A stretch of 64,000 nucleotides of DNA from Alphaproteobacteria bacterium (GCA_041396705.1 JAWKYB010000002.1:398563-462562), one strand, 5' to 3'; shown: positions 30,449 to 42,847, counted from the stretch's first letter. Notes: generated by a model not told the origin, from the sequence alone. Translations and numbers: made by a program.

Positions 30449-30988
30449 ATGCGGCAATTGCCGAGCGTGGTCGGGCCGACGGAGCTGACGAACAGCTTTG
30501 TCGGCAACCTGATCCAGGTCTGCATCGTCACGCGCGACCACCGCAAGACTCTCCAGGGCTTCGTCAACCTGGGAATCGGGCCGTGGACGATCCGCACGGT
30601 CGACCGTTCGAACCTGTCGGCGACCTATCTGGGCCAGCCGGCGGATTTCTCGGTCAAGCTCTGCCTGGCCAACAGCCAGAACATGAATTGGGAGGTGATC
30701 GAACCGGTCAGTGGGCGGTCGCTCTATTCCGATTTTCTGGAAAGCCGCGGCGAGGGGGTCCAGCATCTGGCGTTCAACTGCAACGGCGTCGCCTATGACG
30801 AACGCGTGCGCCAGTTCGTCGAGCGCGGCTATCGCTCGGTCCAGCAGGGCGTGATCTTCGGCGGGATCGAATTTCACTACTTCTCGGTCGAGGACGAGCT
30901 GCACACGGTGTTCGAGGTCTACCGGGTGCCGCCGGACTTCGCCTTCCCCGCGCCGGACAGCTGGTATCCTGCTCCACCGCCGGCGTAA
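30449..30988 (+). CDS. VOC (glyoxalase/bleomycin-resistance/dioxygenase) family protein
   Basis: 180 aa with a VOC fold (...QVCIVTRDHRKTLQGFVNLGIGPW...GVQHLAFNCNGV...). AGGAGG lies 6 nt upstream of the ATG. Confidence 0.7.
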   Translation: MRQLPSVVGPTELTNSFVGNLIQVCIVTRDHRKTLQGFVNLGIGPWTIRTVDRSNLSATYLGQPADFSVKLCLANSQNMNWEVIEPVSGRSLYSDFLESRGEGVQHLAFNCNGVAYDERVRQFVERGYRSVQQGVIFGGIEFHYFSVEDELHTVFEVYRVPPDFAFPAPDSWYPAPPPA

Positions 30989-31176
30989 CGGGCGCCACCC
31001 GCCGGCGTGGGTGCCAATCCTACGGCTCCGGACAGGTCGCGCGACGGCGCGGCGGTCCGGGGCCGTAGCCTTGCGGATGCGCAGCGCGATGCCAAACTGG
31101 GCTATATGTTTCCCGACAGGATGCGCAACCCGGCGCACCGGGCGCCGCGCGCTGCCGTGCATCGAAAGAGCGAGCC

Positions 31177-32202
31177 TTGAGAGAGTCCGCGCACAGATTT
31201 GCCGTCGCGCCGATGATGGACTGGACGGACCGGCACGACCGCTATTTCCTGCGGCTGATCTCGCGCCGCGCGACGCTGTACACCGAGATGGTGACGACCG
31301 GCGCGATCCTGTTCGGCGACCGGAGGCGCTTCCTGCGCTTCGACGCGGCCGAGCACCCGGTGGTGCTGCAGCTCGGCGGCAACGACCCGGCTGCGCTGGC
31401 CGAATGCGCGCGGATCGGCGCCGACTTCGGCTATGACGGGATCAACCTGAATGTCGGCTGTCCGTCGGACCGGGTGCAGAACGGCACCTTCGGCGCGTGC
31501 CTGATGCGCCAGCCGGAACTGGTGGCCGAATGCGTCGCCGCCATGTGCGCGGCCACCGCGCTGCCGGTGACCGTCAAGCACCGGCTGGGCGTCGACGAGC
31601 AGAACGAGGAGACGGTGCTGCCCGCCTTCGTCGCGCGCGTCGCGGCTGCCGGATGCCGGACCTTCGTCGTCCACGCGCGCAAGGCCTGGCTGCAGGGGCT
31701 CAGCCCGAAGCAGAACCGCGAGGTGCCGCCGCTGCGCTACGGCCTGGTTCACGCGCTGAAGCGGGCGCGACCCGACCTGACCATCGTGATCAACGGCGGG
31801 ATCGACAGTCTGGATGCCGCCGAGGTGCAGCTCGCCCACGTCGACGGTGCGATGCTCGGCCGGGCCGCCTATCAGGACCCGTGGATCCTGGCCGATGTCG
31901 ACCGGCGCTTCTTCGGCGATGCACGGCCGGTGCCGTCGCGGACGGAGGTGGCGGAGGCGATGGCGGACTACATCGACCGGCAGCGGGCGTTCGGCGTGCC
32001 GGCCAAGTCGGTCACCCGCCACCTGATGGGCCTGTTCAATGGCCTGCCGGGCGCGCGGGCCTGGCGCCGGCACCTGTCGGAAGCGGGCCGCGACGCCGCG
32101 GCGACCGGCGATGTGGTGCGGCAGGCGTTGCGGTATGTGCGCTCAGGCGACGACGCGCAGCCGGCGCTCGAGCGTGCGCAGCGTCTCGTCCAAAGCGCGT
32201 GA
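31177..32202 (+). CDS. dusA: tRNA-dihydrouridine(20/20a) synthase
   Basis: The DusA N-terminal motif FAVAPMMDWTDRHDRYFLRLISR and the TIM-barrel flavoenzyme core are present. TTG start at 31177. Confidence 0.85.
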   Translation: MRESAHRFAVAPMMDWTDRHDRYFLRLISRRATLYTEMVTTGAILFGDRRRFLRFDAAEHPVVLQLGGNDPAALAECARIGADFGYDGINLNVGCPSDRVQNGTFGACLMRQPELVAECVAAMCAATALPVTVKHRLGVDEQNEETVLPAFVARVAAAGCRTFVVHARKAWLQGLSPKQNREVPPLRYGLVHALKRARPDLTIVINGGIDSLDAAEVQLAHVDGAMLGRAAYQDPWILADVDRRFFGDARPVPSRTEVAEAMADYIDRQRAFGVPAKSVTRHLMGLFNGLPGARAWRRHLSEAGRDAAATGDVVRQALRYVRSGDDAQPALERAQRLVQSA

Positions 32203-32478
32203 GCGGCTGAGCCGGCGCACGCCCTGGTAGAGCTCGTACTCGAACGGGCCGCCCTTGCCGGGTCGCACCTTCCAGATCGCGTAGAGCGGGCCCTCGGCCG
32301 TATGGCGGTATATGGAGAAGACGGCGCCGTCGCGGCGCATGTCGATGGCATAGTCGCGCCATTCGCCGGCCATGACGCGGCGCGAATACAGCGAGAGCAA
32401 CCTGTTCAGTTCCTGGCGGTTGAATGCGATCCGCCCATTTGCATTCCGCAACTCCGAAAGCCGAATGACGACGCTCAT
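32143..32478 (-). CDS. DUF2794-like conserved hypothetical protein
   Basis: 111 aa (MSVVIRLSELRNANGRIAFNRQELNRLLSLYSRRVMAGEWRDYAIDM...). It converges on dusA, and the 3' ends overlap by 60 nt. Confidence 0.55.
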   Translation of the reverse strand: MSVVIRLSELRNANGRIAFNRQELNRLLSLYSRRVMAGEWRDYAIDMRRDGAVFSIYRHTAEGPLYAIWKVRPGKGGPFEYELYQGVRRLSRSRALDETLRTLERRLRVVA

Positions 32479-32588
32479 CGTCGGTGCAGATGCCCCCCCT
32501 GGCTGTTGCTTTCACACGCGCATGGCCGAGGGAGTGTTTCGGATTTTTGAATCGGAGTCCAGCAGGACGGGCATGCCGGCGGTTGCGA

Positions 32589-32909
32589 TCAGCGCACCTC
32601 GAGATGACCGTTGTTGAACGGGTCCTCGGTCTCGTAGCAGGTGATCTCGCCCAAGGACCTGTAGCAGTGGTAGAGCGGCATCTGCGGCTGCGGCGCATTC
32701 GGGTCGGTGCAATAGGGCTCGCCCCGCTCCAGCGCGATGGTCGAGCAGTCCATCTCGGTTGCGAACGAGACCACGTGGTCGGTGATCGTCTTTTTCGTCG
32801 CCATCAGCGACACGATCGAGGCGCCGGTGCTGACGGCTGTGCAGCCGCCGGCCAGCAGGACGGCGAGCAGAACCGGGAACAGCGAACGGGCAGGGGCGGC
32901 GACTGGCAT
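32589..32909 (-). CDS. Small Cys-rich lipoprotein
   Basis: Signal peptide with lipobox (MPVAAPARSLFPVLLAVLLAGGC/T). The mature chain of about 85 aa carries 5 further Cys. The start was chosen inside the longer ORF 32589..33077. Confidence 0.5.
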   Translation of the reverse strand: MPVAAPARSLFPVLLAVLLAGGCTAVSTGASIVSLMATKKTITDHVVSFATEMDCSTIALERGEPYCTDPNAPQPQMPLYHCYRSLGEITCYETEDPFNNGHLEVR

Positions 32910-33067
32910 GGCGGGTCGGCTCACTCGGCTTGGCGACGACTTTGCGCAAGCTATGCTAAGAGCGGTTGCCCGTTGGTTACCGCGGCGTTGCCGATTGGCT
33001 TGAGTTCGCGGTGCGGCTGCATAGTATCCCGGCCGGGCCCAGCGGCGAAAGGCGAGGGACGGAAAGG

Positions 33068-33622
33068 ATGGCGGCACAATCGAGCGTCTGCGACTTCGGC
33101 CGGCCCGCCGTCGATTTCCGCCTGCGCGGCGTCGACGGTCGCGACTGGTCGCTGGCCGACGTGCGCGGGCCGAAGGCGACGCTGGTGATGTTCATCTGCA
33201 ACCATTGTCCCTATGTGAAGGCGACGATCGACCGGGTGGTCGCGGTCTGCGACGAGTTGCGGGACGACGGCGTCGGTGCCGCGGCGATCAACGCCAACGA
33301 CGCCAGCGCCTATCCGGCCGACTCCTTCGAGAACATGCAGGCGTTCGCCGCCGCGCACCGCATGGGCTTCCCCTATCTCTGGGACGAGAGCCAGGCGGTG
33401 GCGCGGGCCTACGATGCCGCATGCACGCCCGATTTCTTCGGTTTCAATGCGCAGATGAAGCTGCAATACCGTGGGCGGCTCGACTCCGGCCGGCTGGAGC
33501 GGCCGCCGGCCGGCGCGCCGCGCGAGCTGTTCGACGCGATGCGGCAGATCGCGGCCACCGGACAGGGCCCGCGCGAGCAGGTGCCGAGCATGGGATGCTC
33601 GATCAAGTGGAAGGCGCATTGA
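33068..33622 (+). CDS. Thioredoxin-fold redoxin (AhpC/TSA- or TlpA-like thiol-disulfide oxidoreductase)
   Basis: CxxC-like motif within a redoxin fold (ATLVMFICNHCPYVKATIDRVVAVCDEL). Divergent from the Cys-rich lipoprotein gene. Confidence 0.7.
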   Translation: MAAQSSVCDFGRPAVDFRLRGVDGRDWSLADVRGPKATLVMFICNHCPYVKATIDRVVAVCDELRDDGVGAAAINANDASAYPADSFENMQAFAAAHRMGFPYLWDESQAVARAYDAACTPDFFGFNAQMKLQYRGRLDSGRLERPPAGAPRELFDAMRQIAATGQGPREQVPSMGCSIKWKAH

Positions 33623-33711
33623 GGCAGCCTCGATGCGGGGGGCGCCGCGGCGCCCGGGAATGGACAAGGGCGCCATAGGGGCGAAGGCTCGCGGCGCAAG
33701 GGAGCAGGTCA

Positions 33712-34930
33712 TTGGCGGACATTTTCGAACAGGTCGACGAGGCGCTGCGCGAAGACCGGATGAAGACGCTGTGGCGCCGCTACGGCTGGATGGTGCTGGC
33801 GCTGGCCGTGCTGATCGTCGCCGGCACCGCGGCGGTGGTCGCCTGGCGCGCCTATCAGGTAAGCGTGAGCGAGGACCAGACGCGCGCGCTGAACGAGGCG
33901 ATCCGCACGGCGTCGGAACAGGAGACGGCCGATGCGGTCGCCACGCTGACGGCATTCGCCGACGACGCGGAGCCGAACATCGCGGCACTGGCCCGGATGA
34001 ACGCCGCGGCGCGCGCGGTCGAAGGCGACGACCCGGACGGTGCGATCGCGCTGTACAACACCGTCGCCGATACCGGCGAGGTCGACACTGTGCTGCGCGA
34101 CGTCGCCCGGATCCTCAGCGCCGAGCTGCAGGCCGAGACGGCCAGTGCCGACAGCCTGCGCACCCAGCTTGCGGCGCTCGACGCGGCCAACAGCCCGTGG
34201 CGGTTCCTTGTCGGCGAGATCGTGGCGGCTGCGGCGCTGCGCGAGGGCGACCTGGACACCGCGCGCGAGCGGCTGACCGCGATCGTGGACGATGCCGACG
34301 CGCCGATCGCCCTGCGCGGCCGGGCGGCGGAGGTGCTGGCGGCGATCGGCGGCGGCGCGGATGCGGCGGACACGGCGCCGGCGCCGTCCGGCGACGAGGC
34401 TGCGCCGCCCGCCGACGAGACTCCGGCGCCCGACGCCACGGAGCCCGAGCCGGCACCAGCCGGCGACGAGGCCGCGCCGCCTGCCGACGAGACGCCGGCA
34501 CCCGACGCCACGGAGCCCGAGCCGGCACCAGCCGGCGACGAGGCTGCGCCTCCCGCCGATGAAACGCCAGCGCCCGACGCCACGGAGCCAGAACCGGCAC
34601 CAGCCGGCGACGAGGCCGCGCCGCCTGCCGACGAGACGCCGGCACCCGACGCCACGGAGCCAGAGCCGGCACCAGCCGGCGACGAGGCTGCGCCGCCCGC
34701 CGACGAGACGCCGGCGCCCGACGCGACGGAGCCGAGCCGACACCGTCCGGCGACGAGGTCGTGCCGCCCGCCGACGAGACGCCGGCACCCGGCGCCACCG
34801 AGCCGGAGCCGGCACCAGCCGGCGACGAGGCTGCGCCGCCCGCCGATGAGACGCCCCCGGCCGACGACGCGGATGGCGCCGCTCCGGCCGAGGGCGGCGG
34901 CGAACCGGCAGACGGCGAGGGCAACGGCTG
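33712..34930 (+). CDS. YfgM-like tetratricopeptide membrane protein with a C-terminal Pro/Ala/Glu-rich tandem-repeat tail; the reading frame is disrupted by a 1-nt deletion at about 34725-34745
   Basis: N-terminus MADIFEQVDEALREDRMKTLWRRYGWMVLALAVLIVAG (TM anchor) then a TPR-like region. From about 34373 there are copies of a 24-aa unit, APAGDEAAPPADETPAPDATEPEP. The as-given frame runs on without a stop to 36696 as Arg-rich junk. Restoring one nucleotide gives a TGA at 34928-34930 overlapping the bamB ATG (TGATG). Confidence 0.6.
34373..34860 (+). repeat. Tandem 72-bp coding repeat, about 6.7 copies with minor variants
   Basis: Unit gcaccagccggcgacgaggccgcgccgcctgccgacgagacgccggcacccgacgccacggagcccgagccg, repeated head to tail. 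The sixth copy is 71 nt (gagccgagccgacaccg versus gagccagagccggcaccag). Confidence 0.85.
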
Positions 34931-36265
34931 ATGCAGATCAACGCATTCCGCACCGGGCTGCGCGGTGCCGTGTTGGCCTTGTCGGCCGGTGCGCTGGCCG
35001 GATGCTCGTGGTTCGGCGACGACGAGGTCGAGCGGATTCCCGGCACGCGGGTGGCGGTGCTGGACGCCAACCCGGCCCTGACGCCCGATGTCGAGGCTGG
35101 GGCGGAGCCGTTCGTCATGCCGGCGGAGAGCCTGGACGAGTGGCCGCAGGACGGCGGCAACGCACAGCACAATCCGCAGCGGCTCGCCGGCGGCGGCGGG
35201 CTGGGCGTGGTGTGGTCGTCCGACATCGGCGCCGGTTCGGATTCCGAGGAGCGGCTGCTGGTGCAGCCGATCGTCGCCAACGGGCGCATCTATGCGATCG
35301 ACGCCGACGGCGAACTGGTCGCGCTCGACGCCGCCGGCGGTCGCGAGGTGTGGCGTGTCGACCTGATTCCCGAGGACGAGGACGAAGGCGAGCTGGGCGG
35401 CGGCATCGCCTTCGCCGACGACACGCTGTTCGTCACCACCGGTTCGGCCGAGGCGATGGCGCTGGAGCCGGCCGACGGCACGGTGGTGTGGCGCGTGCCG
35501 CTGCCGGGCCCGTCGCGGTCGGCGCCGACGGTCGACGCCGGGCGCGTGTTCGCCGTCTCGGCCGACAACCGTGCGGTCGCGCTGGACGCGGCCACCGGCC
35601 AGCGGCTGTGGTCGCACAGCGGCGCGGCCGAGGAGGCGGGGATTCTCGGTTCGGCCAGTGCGGCGGTCGACGGCTCGGTGGTGGTGGTGCCCTACACGTC
35701 GGGCGAGGTCTATGCGATGCGCGTCGAGAACGGCCGCGTGCTGTGGTCCGACCGCCTGGTCGCGCCGCGCGCGACCGAGGCGATAGCGCGGATCGCGCAC
35801 ATCCGGGCACGGCCGATCATCGGCGACGCGCGGCTGTTCGTGGTCAGCCACAGCGGGCGGTCCGCCGCGCTCGACATGCGCACCGGCAGCCGGGTGTGGG
35901 AACAGCCGGCCGGCGGTGCCAGCTCGCCCTGGCTGGCCGGCAACACGCTGTTCCTGGTCACCGACCGCGCCGAGGTGGTCAGCCTGTCGGAGACCGACGG
36001 CCGGATCCGCTGGGTGACCCAGCTGCAGCGCTACGAGGACATGGAGGACCAGGAGGACCCGATCGACTGGGTCGGGCCGATCCTGGTCGGCGACCGGCTG
36101 ATCGTGGCCGGCTCGAACGGCGTGGCGGTGGCGATGTCGCCGTCGACCGGCGAGCCGGTCGATCAGCGCGACATCGGCGGCGCCGGGTTCCGGATCGAAC
36201 CGCTGGCGGCGGGCGGCACGATCTACTTGCTTGCCGACGATGCGCGGCTTTATGCGCTGCGCTGA
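34931..36265 (+). CDS. bamB: Outer membrane protein assembly factor BamB (PQQ-like beta-propeller lipoprotein)
   Basis: Lipobox LSAGALAGC/SW followed by repeated PQQ-like blades (...RIYAIDADGELVALDAAGGREVWR...). Conserved yfgM-bamB-der synteny. Confidence 0.85.
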   Translation: MQINAFRTGLRGAVLALSAGALAGCSWFGDDEVERIPGTRVAVLDANPALTPDVEAGAEPFVMPAESLDEWPQDGGNAQHNPQRLAGGGGLGVVWSSDIGAGSDSEERLLVQPIVANGRIYAIDADGELVALDAAGGREVWRVDLIPEDEDEGELGGGIAFADDTLFVTTGSAEAMALEPADGTVVWRVPLPGPSRSAPTVDAGRVFAVSADNRAVALDAATGQRLWSHSGAAEEAGILGSASAAVDGSVVVVPYTSGEVYAMRVENGRVLWSDRLVAPRATEAIARIAHIRARPIIGDARLFVVSHSGRSAALDMRTGSRVWEQPAGGASSPWLAGNTLFLVTDRAEVVSLSETDGRIRWVTQLQRYEDMEDQEDPIDWVGPILVGDRLIVAGSNGVAVAMSPSTGEPVDQRDIGGAGFRIEPLAAGGTIYLLADDARLYALR

Positions 36266-36301
36266 CGCCGGCGCGCCCGACGTGGGCCCGGGGACTCAGG
36301 A

Positions 36302-37753
36302 TTGACCGCACGCATCGCGATCGTCGGCCGGCCGAACGTCGGCAAGTCGACGCTGTTCAACCGGCTGGTCGGCCGGCGGCTGGCGCTGGTCGACGACACC
36401 CCGGGCGTCACCCGCGACTGGCGCGAGGGCGACGCGCGGCTGGGCGACCTGCGCTTCGCCGTCATGGACACCGCCGGCCTGGAGGACAGCGACGATGCGA
36501 CCCTGTCCGGCCGCATGCGCGATCAGACGCTGCGCGCGCTGGCGCAATGCGATGCCGCGCTGTTCGTGTTCGACGCCCGCGACGGCCTGACCGAGCTCGA
36601 TCGCCATTTCGCCGCGCTGCTGCGCACCCAGGGGCAGCGGGTGATCCTGGTCGCCAACAAGTGCGAGAGCCGCAGCGCGGCGGCCGGTGCCTATGAGGGC
36701 TTCGACCTCGGCCTCGGCGAGCCGGTGGCCATCTCCGCCGAGCACGGCGCCGGCATGGCCGACCTCTACGAGGCGCTGCGCCCGATCGTCGAGGCCGCCG
36801 GCGGCGACGCCGAAGCCGAAGCCGAGCCTGCCGAAGGCGCAGACGAGCGCGAGGGCGCGGCCGAAGCGGACGCCGTGCGGGATGCGCAGGCGGAAGCGGG
36901 CGACGAGGAACCCGCCGCAGAGGAAGAGGACGACCCGACCAAGCCGCTGCGCCTGGCGGTGGTCGGTCGGCCCAATGTCGGCAAGTCGACGCTGATCAAC
37001 CGGCTGGTCGGCGAGGACCGGCTGCTGACCGGGCCCGAGGCCGGCATCACCCGCGACAGCATCCGCGTGGCCTATGCCTGGCGCGAGCGGCCGGTGCAGC
37101 TGATCGACACCGCCGGCCTGCGCCGCAAGGCCAACGTCACCGGCAAGCTGGAACGGCTGTCGGTGGCCGACACCCTGACCGCCGTGCGCTTCGCCGAGGT
37201 GGTGGCGGTGGTGATCGACGCGACACAGGCGCTCGAGCGGCAGGACCTGGCCATCATCCGGCTGATCGCCAACGAGGGGCGTGCGCTGGTGCTGGTGCTC
37301 AACAAATGGGACCTGGTCGAGGACCGCAGCGCGGTGGGCAAGGAGGTGACGCTGCGGCTGGGCGAGATCCTGCCCGAGGTGCGCGGCGCGCCGCTGGTGC
37401 GGCTGTCGGCGCAGACCGGCGAGGGCGTCGCCAAGCTGATGCCGGCGGTGATCGAGGCTTACGGCCTGTGGAACAAGCGCATCGCCACCGGCCAGCTCAA
37501 CCGCTGGCTCACCGGCGTGGTCGAGCGTCATCCGCCGCCGGCGCCGAAGGGCCGGCGGCTGCAGTTGCGCTACATGACCCAGATCAAGACGCGGCCGCCG
37601 ACCTTCGCGCTGTTCGTCAACCGGCCGGCCGAGCTGCCGGAGTCCTACAAGCGCTACCTGACCAACGACCTGCGCCAGGTCTTCGGCCTGGAGGGGACGC
37701 CGATCCGCCTGTTGCCGCGGCGCGGCAAGAACCCCTACGTCAAGCAGGCCTGA
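36302..37753 (+). CDS. der: Ribosome-biogenesis GTPase Der (EngA), two GTPase domains plus KH-like C-terminus
   Basis: Two P-loops (GRPNVGKST twice), DTAG motifs and an NKxD motif. TTG start at 36302. Confidence 0.9.
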   Translation: MTARIAIVGRPNVGKSTLFNRLVGRRLALVDDTPGVTRDWREGDARLGDLRFAVMDTAGLEDSDDATLSGRMRDQTLRALAQCDAALFVFDARDGLTELDRHFAALLRTQGQRVILVANKCESRSAAAGAYEGFDLGLGEPVAISAEHGAGMADLYEALRPIVEAAGGDAEAEAEPAEGADEREGAAEADAVRDAQAEAGDEEPAAEEEDDPTKPLRLAVVGRPNVGKSTLINRLVGEDRLLTGPEAGITRDSIRVAYAWRERPVQLIDTAGLRRKANVTGKLERLSVADTLTAVRFAEVVAVVIDATQALERQDLAIIRLIANEGRALVLVLNKWDLVEDRSAVGKEVTLRLGEILPEVRGAPLVRLSAQTGEGVAKLMPAVIEAYGLWNKRIATGQLNRWLTGVVERHPPPAPKGRRLQLRYMTQIKTRPPTFALFVNRPAELPESYKRYLTNDLRQVFGLEGTPIRLLPRRGKNPYVKQA

Positions 37754-37774
37754 TCCGGGCGATCGGAGATCGGG

Positions 37775-38497
37775 CTAGGCGCGCACGATCTCGCCGTGGC
37801 GGCGGCAGTCGGCGGCGAGCAGGGGCGGCACGGCCGCGGCGCGGTCGGCCGGCGCGGCAACCGAGGCCGGGTCCTCGCCGGGGAAGGCCGTCGCGCGCAG
37901 TTTGGTGCGCATCGGGCCGGGATCATACAGGTTGACGCGCACGCTCATCCGCGCCAGCTCGCCGGCCCAGCTCAGCACCAGCGTCTCCAGCGCTGCCTTG
38001 CTGGCGGCATAGGCGTTCCAGTAGGCGGTTCCGGGTCGGCCGGCGGCGTCGGTGATGAACACGGCGCGGCCGGCCGCCGCGCGCCGCAGCAGCGGGTCGA
38101 GGATGCGGATCAGACGGAAGTTCGCCTCGACGTTGACCCGGAAGGTGTCAGCCCAGCGCGCAGGCGCCACGTGGGCAACCGGGCTGAGCGCATGCAGCAC
38201 CGCGGCGGCGGAGACCAGCATGTCGAGTCCGCCGAAGCGCTCGTAGAGCGCGGGGCCGAGCCGGTCGATCTGGTCGCCGTCGGCGAGGTCGAGCGGTATC
38301 AGGGTGGGGCGCTGGCCGCCGGCGGCGCGGATCGCGTCGTCGCACGCCTCCAGCCCGCCGACGGTGCGGGCCGCCAGCACCACGTGGGCGCCGGCCGCGG
38401 CGAGGGCGCAGCCGATCGCCGCGCCGAGCCCGCGCGAGGCGCCGGTGACCAGCGCAATCCTACCGCCCAGATCGGGCCGGCCGTCACCGTCAGTCAC
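37775..38497 (-). CDS. SDR-family oxidoreductase
   Basis: TGASRGLG cofactor motif and a YxxxK active site (YAASKAAL). Confidence 0.75.
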   Translation of the reverse strand: MTDGDGRPDLGGRIALVTGASRGLGAAIGCALAAAGAHVVLAARTVGGLEACDDAIRAAGGQRPTLIPLDLADGDQIDRLGPALYERFGGLDMLVSAAAVLHALSPVAHVAPARWADTFRVNVEANFRLIRILDPLLRRAAAGRAVFITDAAGRPGTAYWNAYAASKAALETLVLSWAGELARMSVRVNLYDPGPMRTKLRATAFPGEDPASVAAPADRAAAVPPLLAADCRRHGEIVRA

Positions 38498-39188
38498 GCA
38501 ACTGCACCCGGCGCGCGATCGGGCCCTCGAAACCGATGCCGCGGGGCCGCGTGATTGCCGGAGGCCGGCTGTACGCGGTGGTGATCGCGCTCAGCCGCCG
38601 GACCTGGCTGAGCTGGATGGCGCCGGACTTGCCGGCTGCCGCCTGCCCGGTCTGCACCGCTGCGGCGCCGCTCTGGGCGGCCTGTTTGACCTGGTCGGCC
38701 ATCTGCTGCGCCGCCTTTATCGCCGCGTTCAGACCGCCGCCGGAGACCGGGATGCGGCTGGCCGCGCGCTGGGTGCGCGCCTGCGCCTGCCGGGCCGGCC
38801 GCGGCGCGGCGGGCGTGATCACCCGGCGCCGGGACCGGAACGGCGCGAACAGGATGGCGGTCAACAGGAAGCCGGCCAGCAGCCCCACGCCGCCGAAGGC
38901 CCAGCCGATACCGTCCTCGGGTATCTGCGGCTCGAAGTCGTCGCTGATCACGCGCAGCGCGCGGTCGCCGTCGAAATTCTCGACGAATGTGGCCACCTGC
39001 ATGTGCGGCTCGTCCGCCGCCAGCAGGTCGGTGCGCTGGCTCTTCAGCAGGTCGACCTGCCACGACGGCGCCCCCGCCGCCATCGCCTGGCGCAGGTCCG
39101 CGTCGGTGGCGAAAAGGTAGGACTGGTAGAATCGCGGGAACTGCGAGGCGGCGAAGGCGATCGCCAGCACGATGATCAGGCGCAGCAT
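38490..39188 (-). CDS. Hypothetical membrane protein
   Basis: 232 aa with an N-terminal TM segment ([15 protein letters not shown]), a second TM ([15 protein letters not shown]) and a Gln/Ala-rich C-terminal half. Overlaps the SDR start by 8 nt. Confidence 0.45.
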   Translation of the reverse strand: MLRLIIVLAIAFAASQFPRFYQSYLFATDADLRQAMAAGAPSWQVDLLKSQRTDLLAADEPHMQVATFVENFDGDRALRVISDDFEPQIPEDGIGWAFGGVGLLAGFLLTAILFAPFRSRRRVITPAAPRPARQAQARTQRAASRIPVSGGGLNAAIKAAQQMADQVKQAAQSGAAAVQTGQAAAGKSGAIQLSQVRRLSAITTAYSRPPAITRPRGIGFEGPIARRVQLRD

Positions 39189-39209
39189 CGGGGGCCTCCC
39201 CTGTTACGC

Positions 39210-40660
<1,451 letters not shown>

Positions 40661-40664
<4 letters not shown>

Positions 40665-41386
40665 TGCTGCGGTTGGGCGTTCCCGCCCTCGCCTTCCTGG
40701 AGCCGCTGGATCATCTCGTCAAGCCGCGAGGACGAGCCGCTGTCGTAGTTGGGGTCGTCGCCGCCCTCGCGCGGGCCCGGCGGCGGCTGGCTGAGCAGGC
40801 GCGCCGCCGCGTCGGGGTCGAGCGTGTCCTGCGGCCCGAAGTCCGGCCGCTCGCGGTCGAAGGTGTCGGACAGCCAGGCCCAGGTCTCGGGCGGAATCGC
40901 TTCCTCGACCGCGGCGCTGGCGTTCTGCACCGGCGGGATCGCGCGCGCGGTCAGCAGCCACGGCCACTGCTCCTCGCGCGGCACGAACCAGGAGAAGATC
41001 ATGTAGGCCGCGATCACCACCACGGCGCCGCGGGCGAGGCCGTAGAGGAAGCCGAGGCTGCGGTCGAGCGCCCCGGTCCGCTCGCCCTTCAGCTTGTCGG
41101 CGACCGCGGCGAACACCAGCGTCAGCACGATCATCGCGATGATGAACACGCCGACCGCGCTGCCCAGCTCCGACAGCAGCGAGATGCCGATCAGATCGTC
41201 CAGCCAGGGCTGCACATAGGGATAGGCGAAATAGCTGATCGCGGCGGCTCCGACCCAGGCCAGGATCGAGAACAGCTCGCGCGTGAAGCCGCGGATAAGC
41301 CCGAGCAGGGCGGAAACCAGCAGCACGACGGCCACGCCGATGTCGACTACATGCACGCCGGCCACCATGGGATCGAAATCGTTCAT
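40661..41386 (-). CDS. cvpA: Colicin V production protein CvpA-family membrane protein
   Basis: The CvpA TM pattern starts at MNDFDPMVAGVHVVDIGVAVVLLVSALLGLIRGF. Conserved cvpA-purF pair with a 4-nt overlap. Confidence 0.8.
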
Positions 41387-41455
41387 CGCGCTCCGTTTAG
41401 CAGGCCGGTCGGGCGATTGCATGGACTTTGCGGCCGCACCTCCGGCGCATGCGCT

Positions 41456-42847
<1,392 letters not shown>

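Noticed and set aside
30989-31176. Terminator after the VOC gene (CACCCGCCGGCGTGGGTG)
   Set aside because: Imperfect stem with no U-run.
26193-32202. Integrated mobile element at tRNA-Gln or at the dusA 5' end (both are known integration hotspots)
   Set aside because: No integrase, excisionase, transposase or phage gene was found. There is no direct repeat of the tRNA 3' end, and GC content is uniform.
34373-34860. CRISPR array?
   Set aside because: The repeats are contiguous 72-nt units with no spacers. They are in frame and code for a peptide repeat. There is no cas gene nearby.
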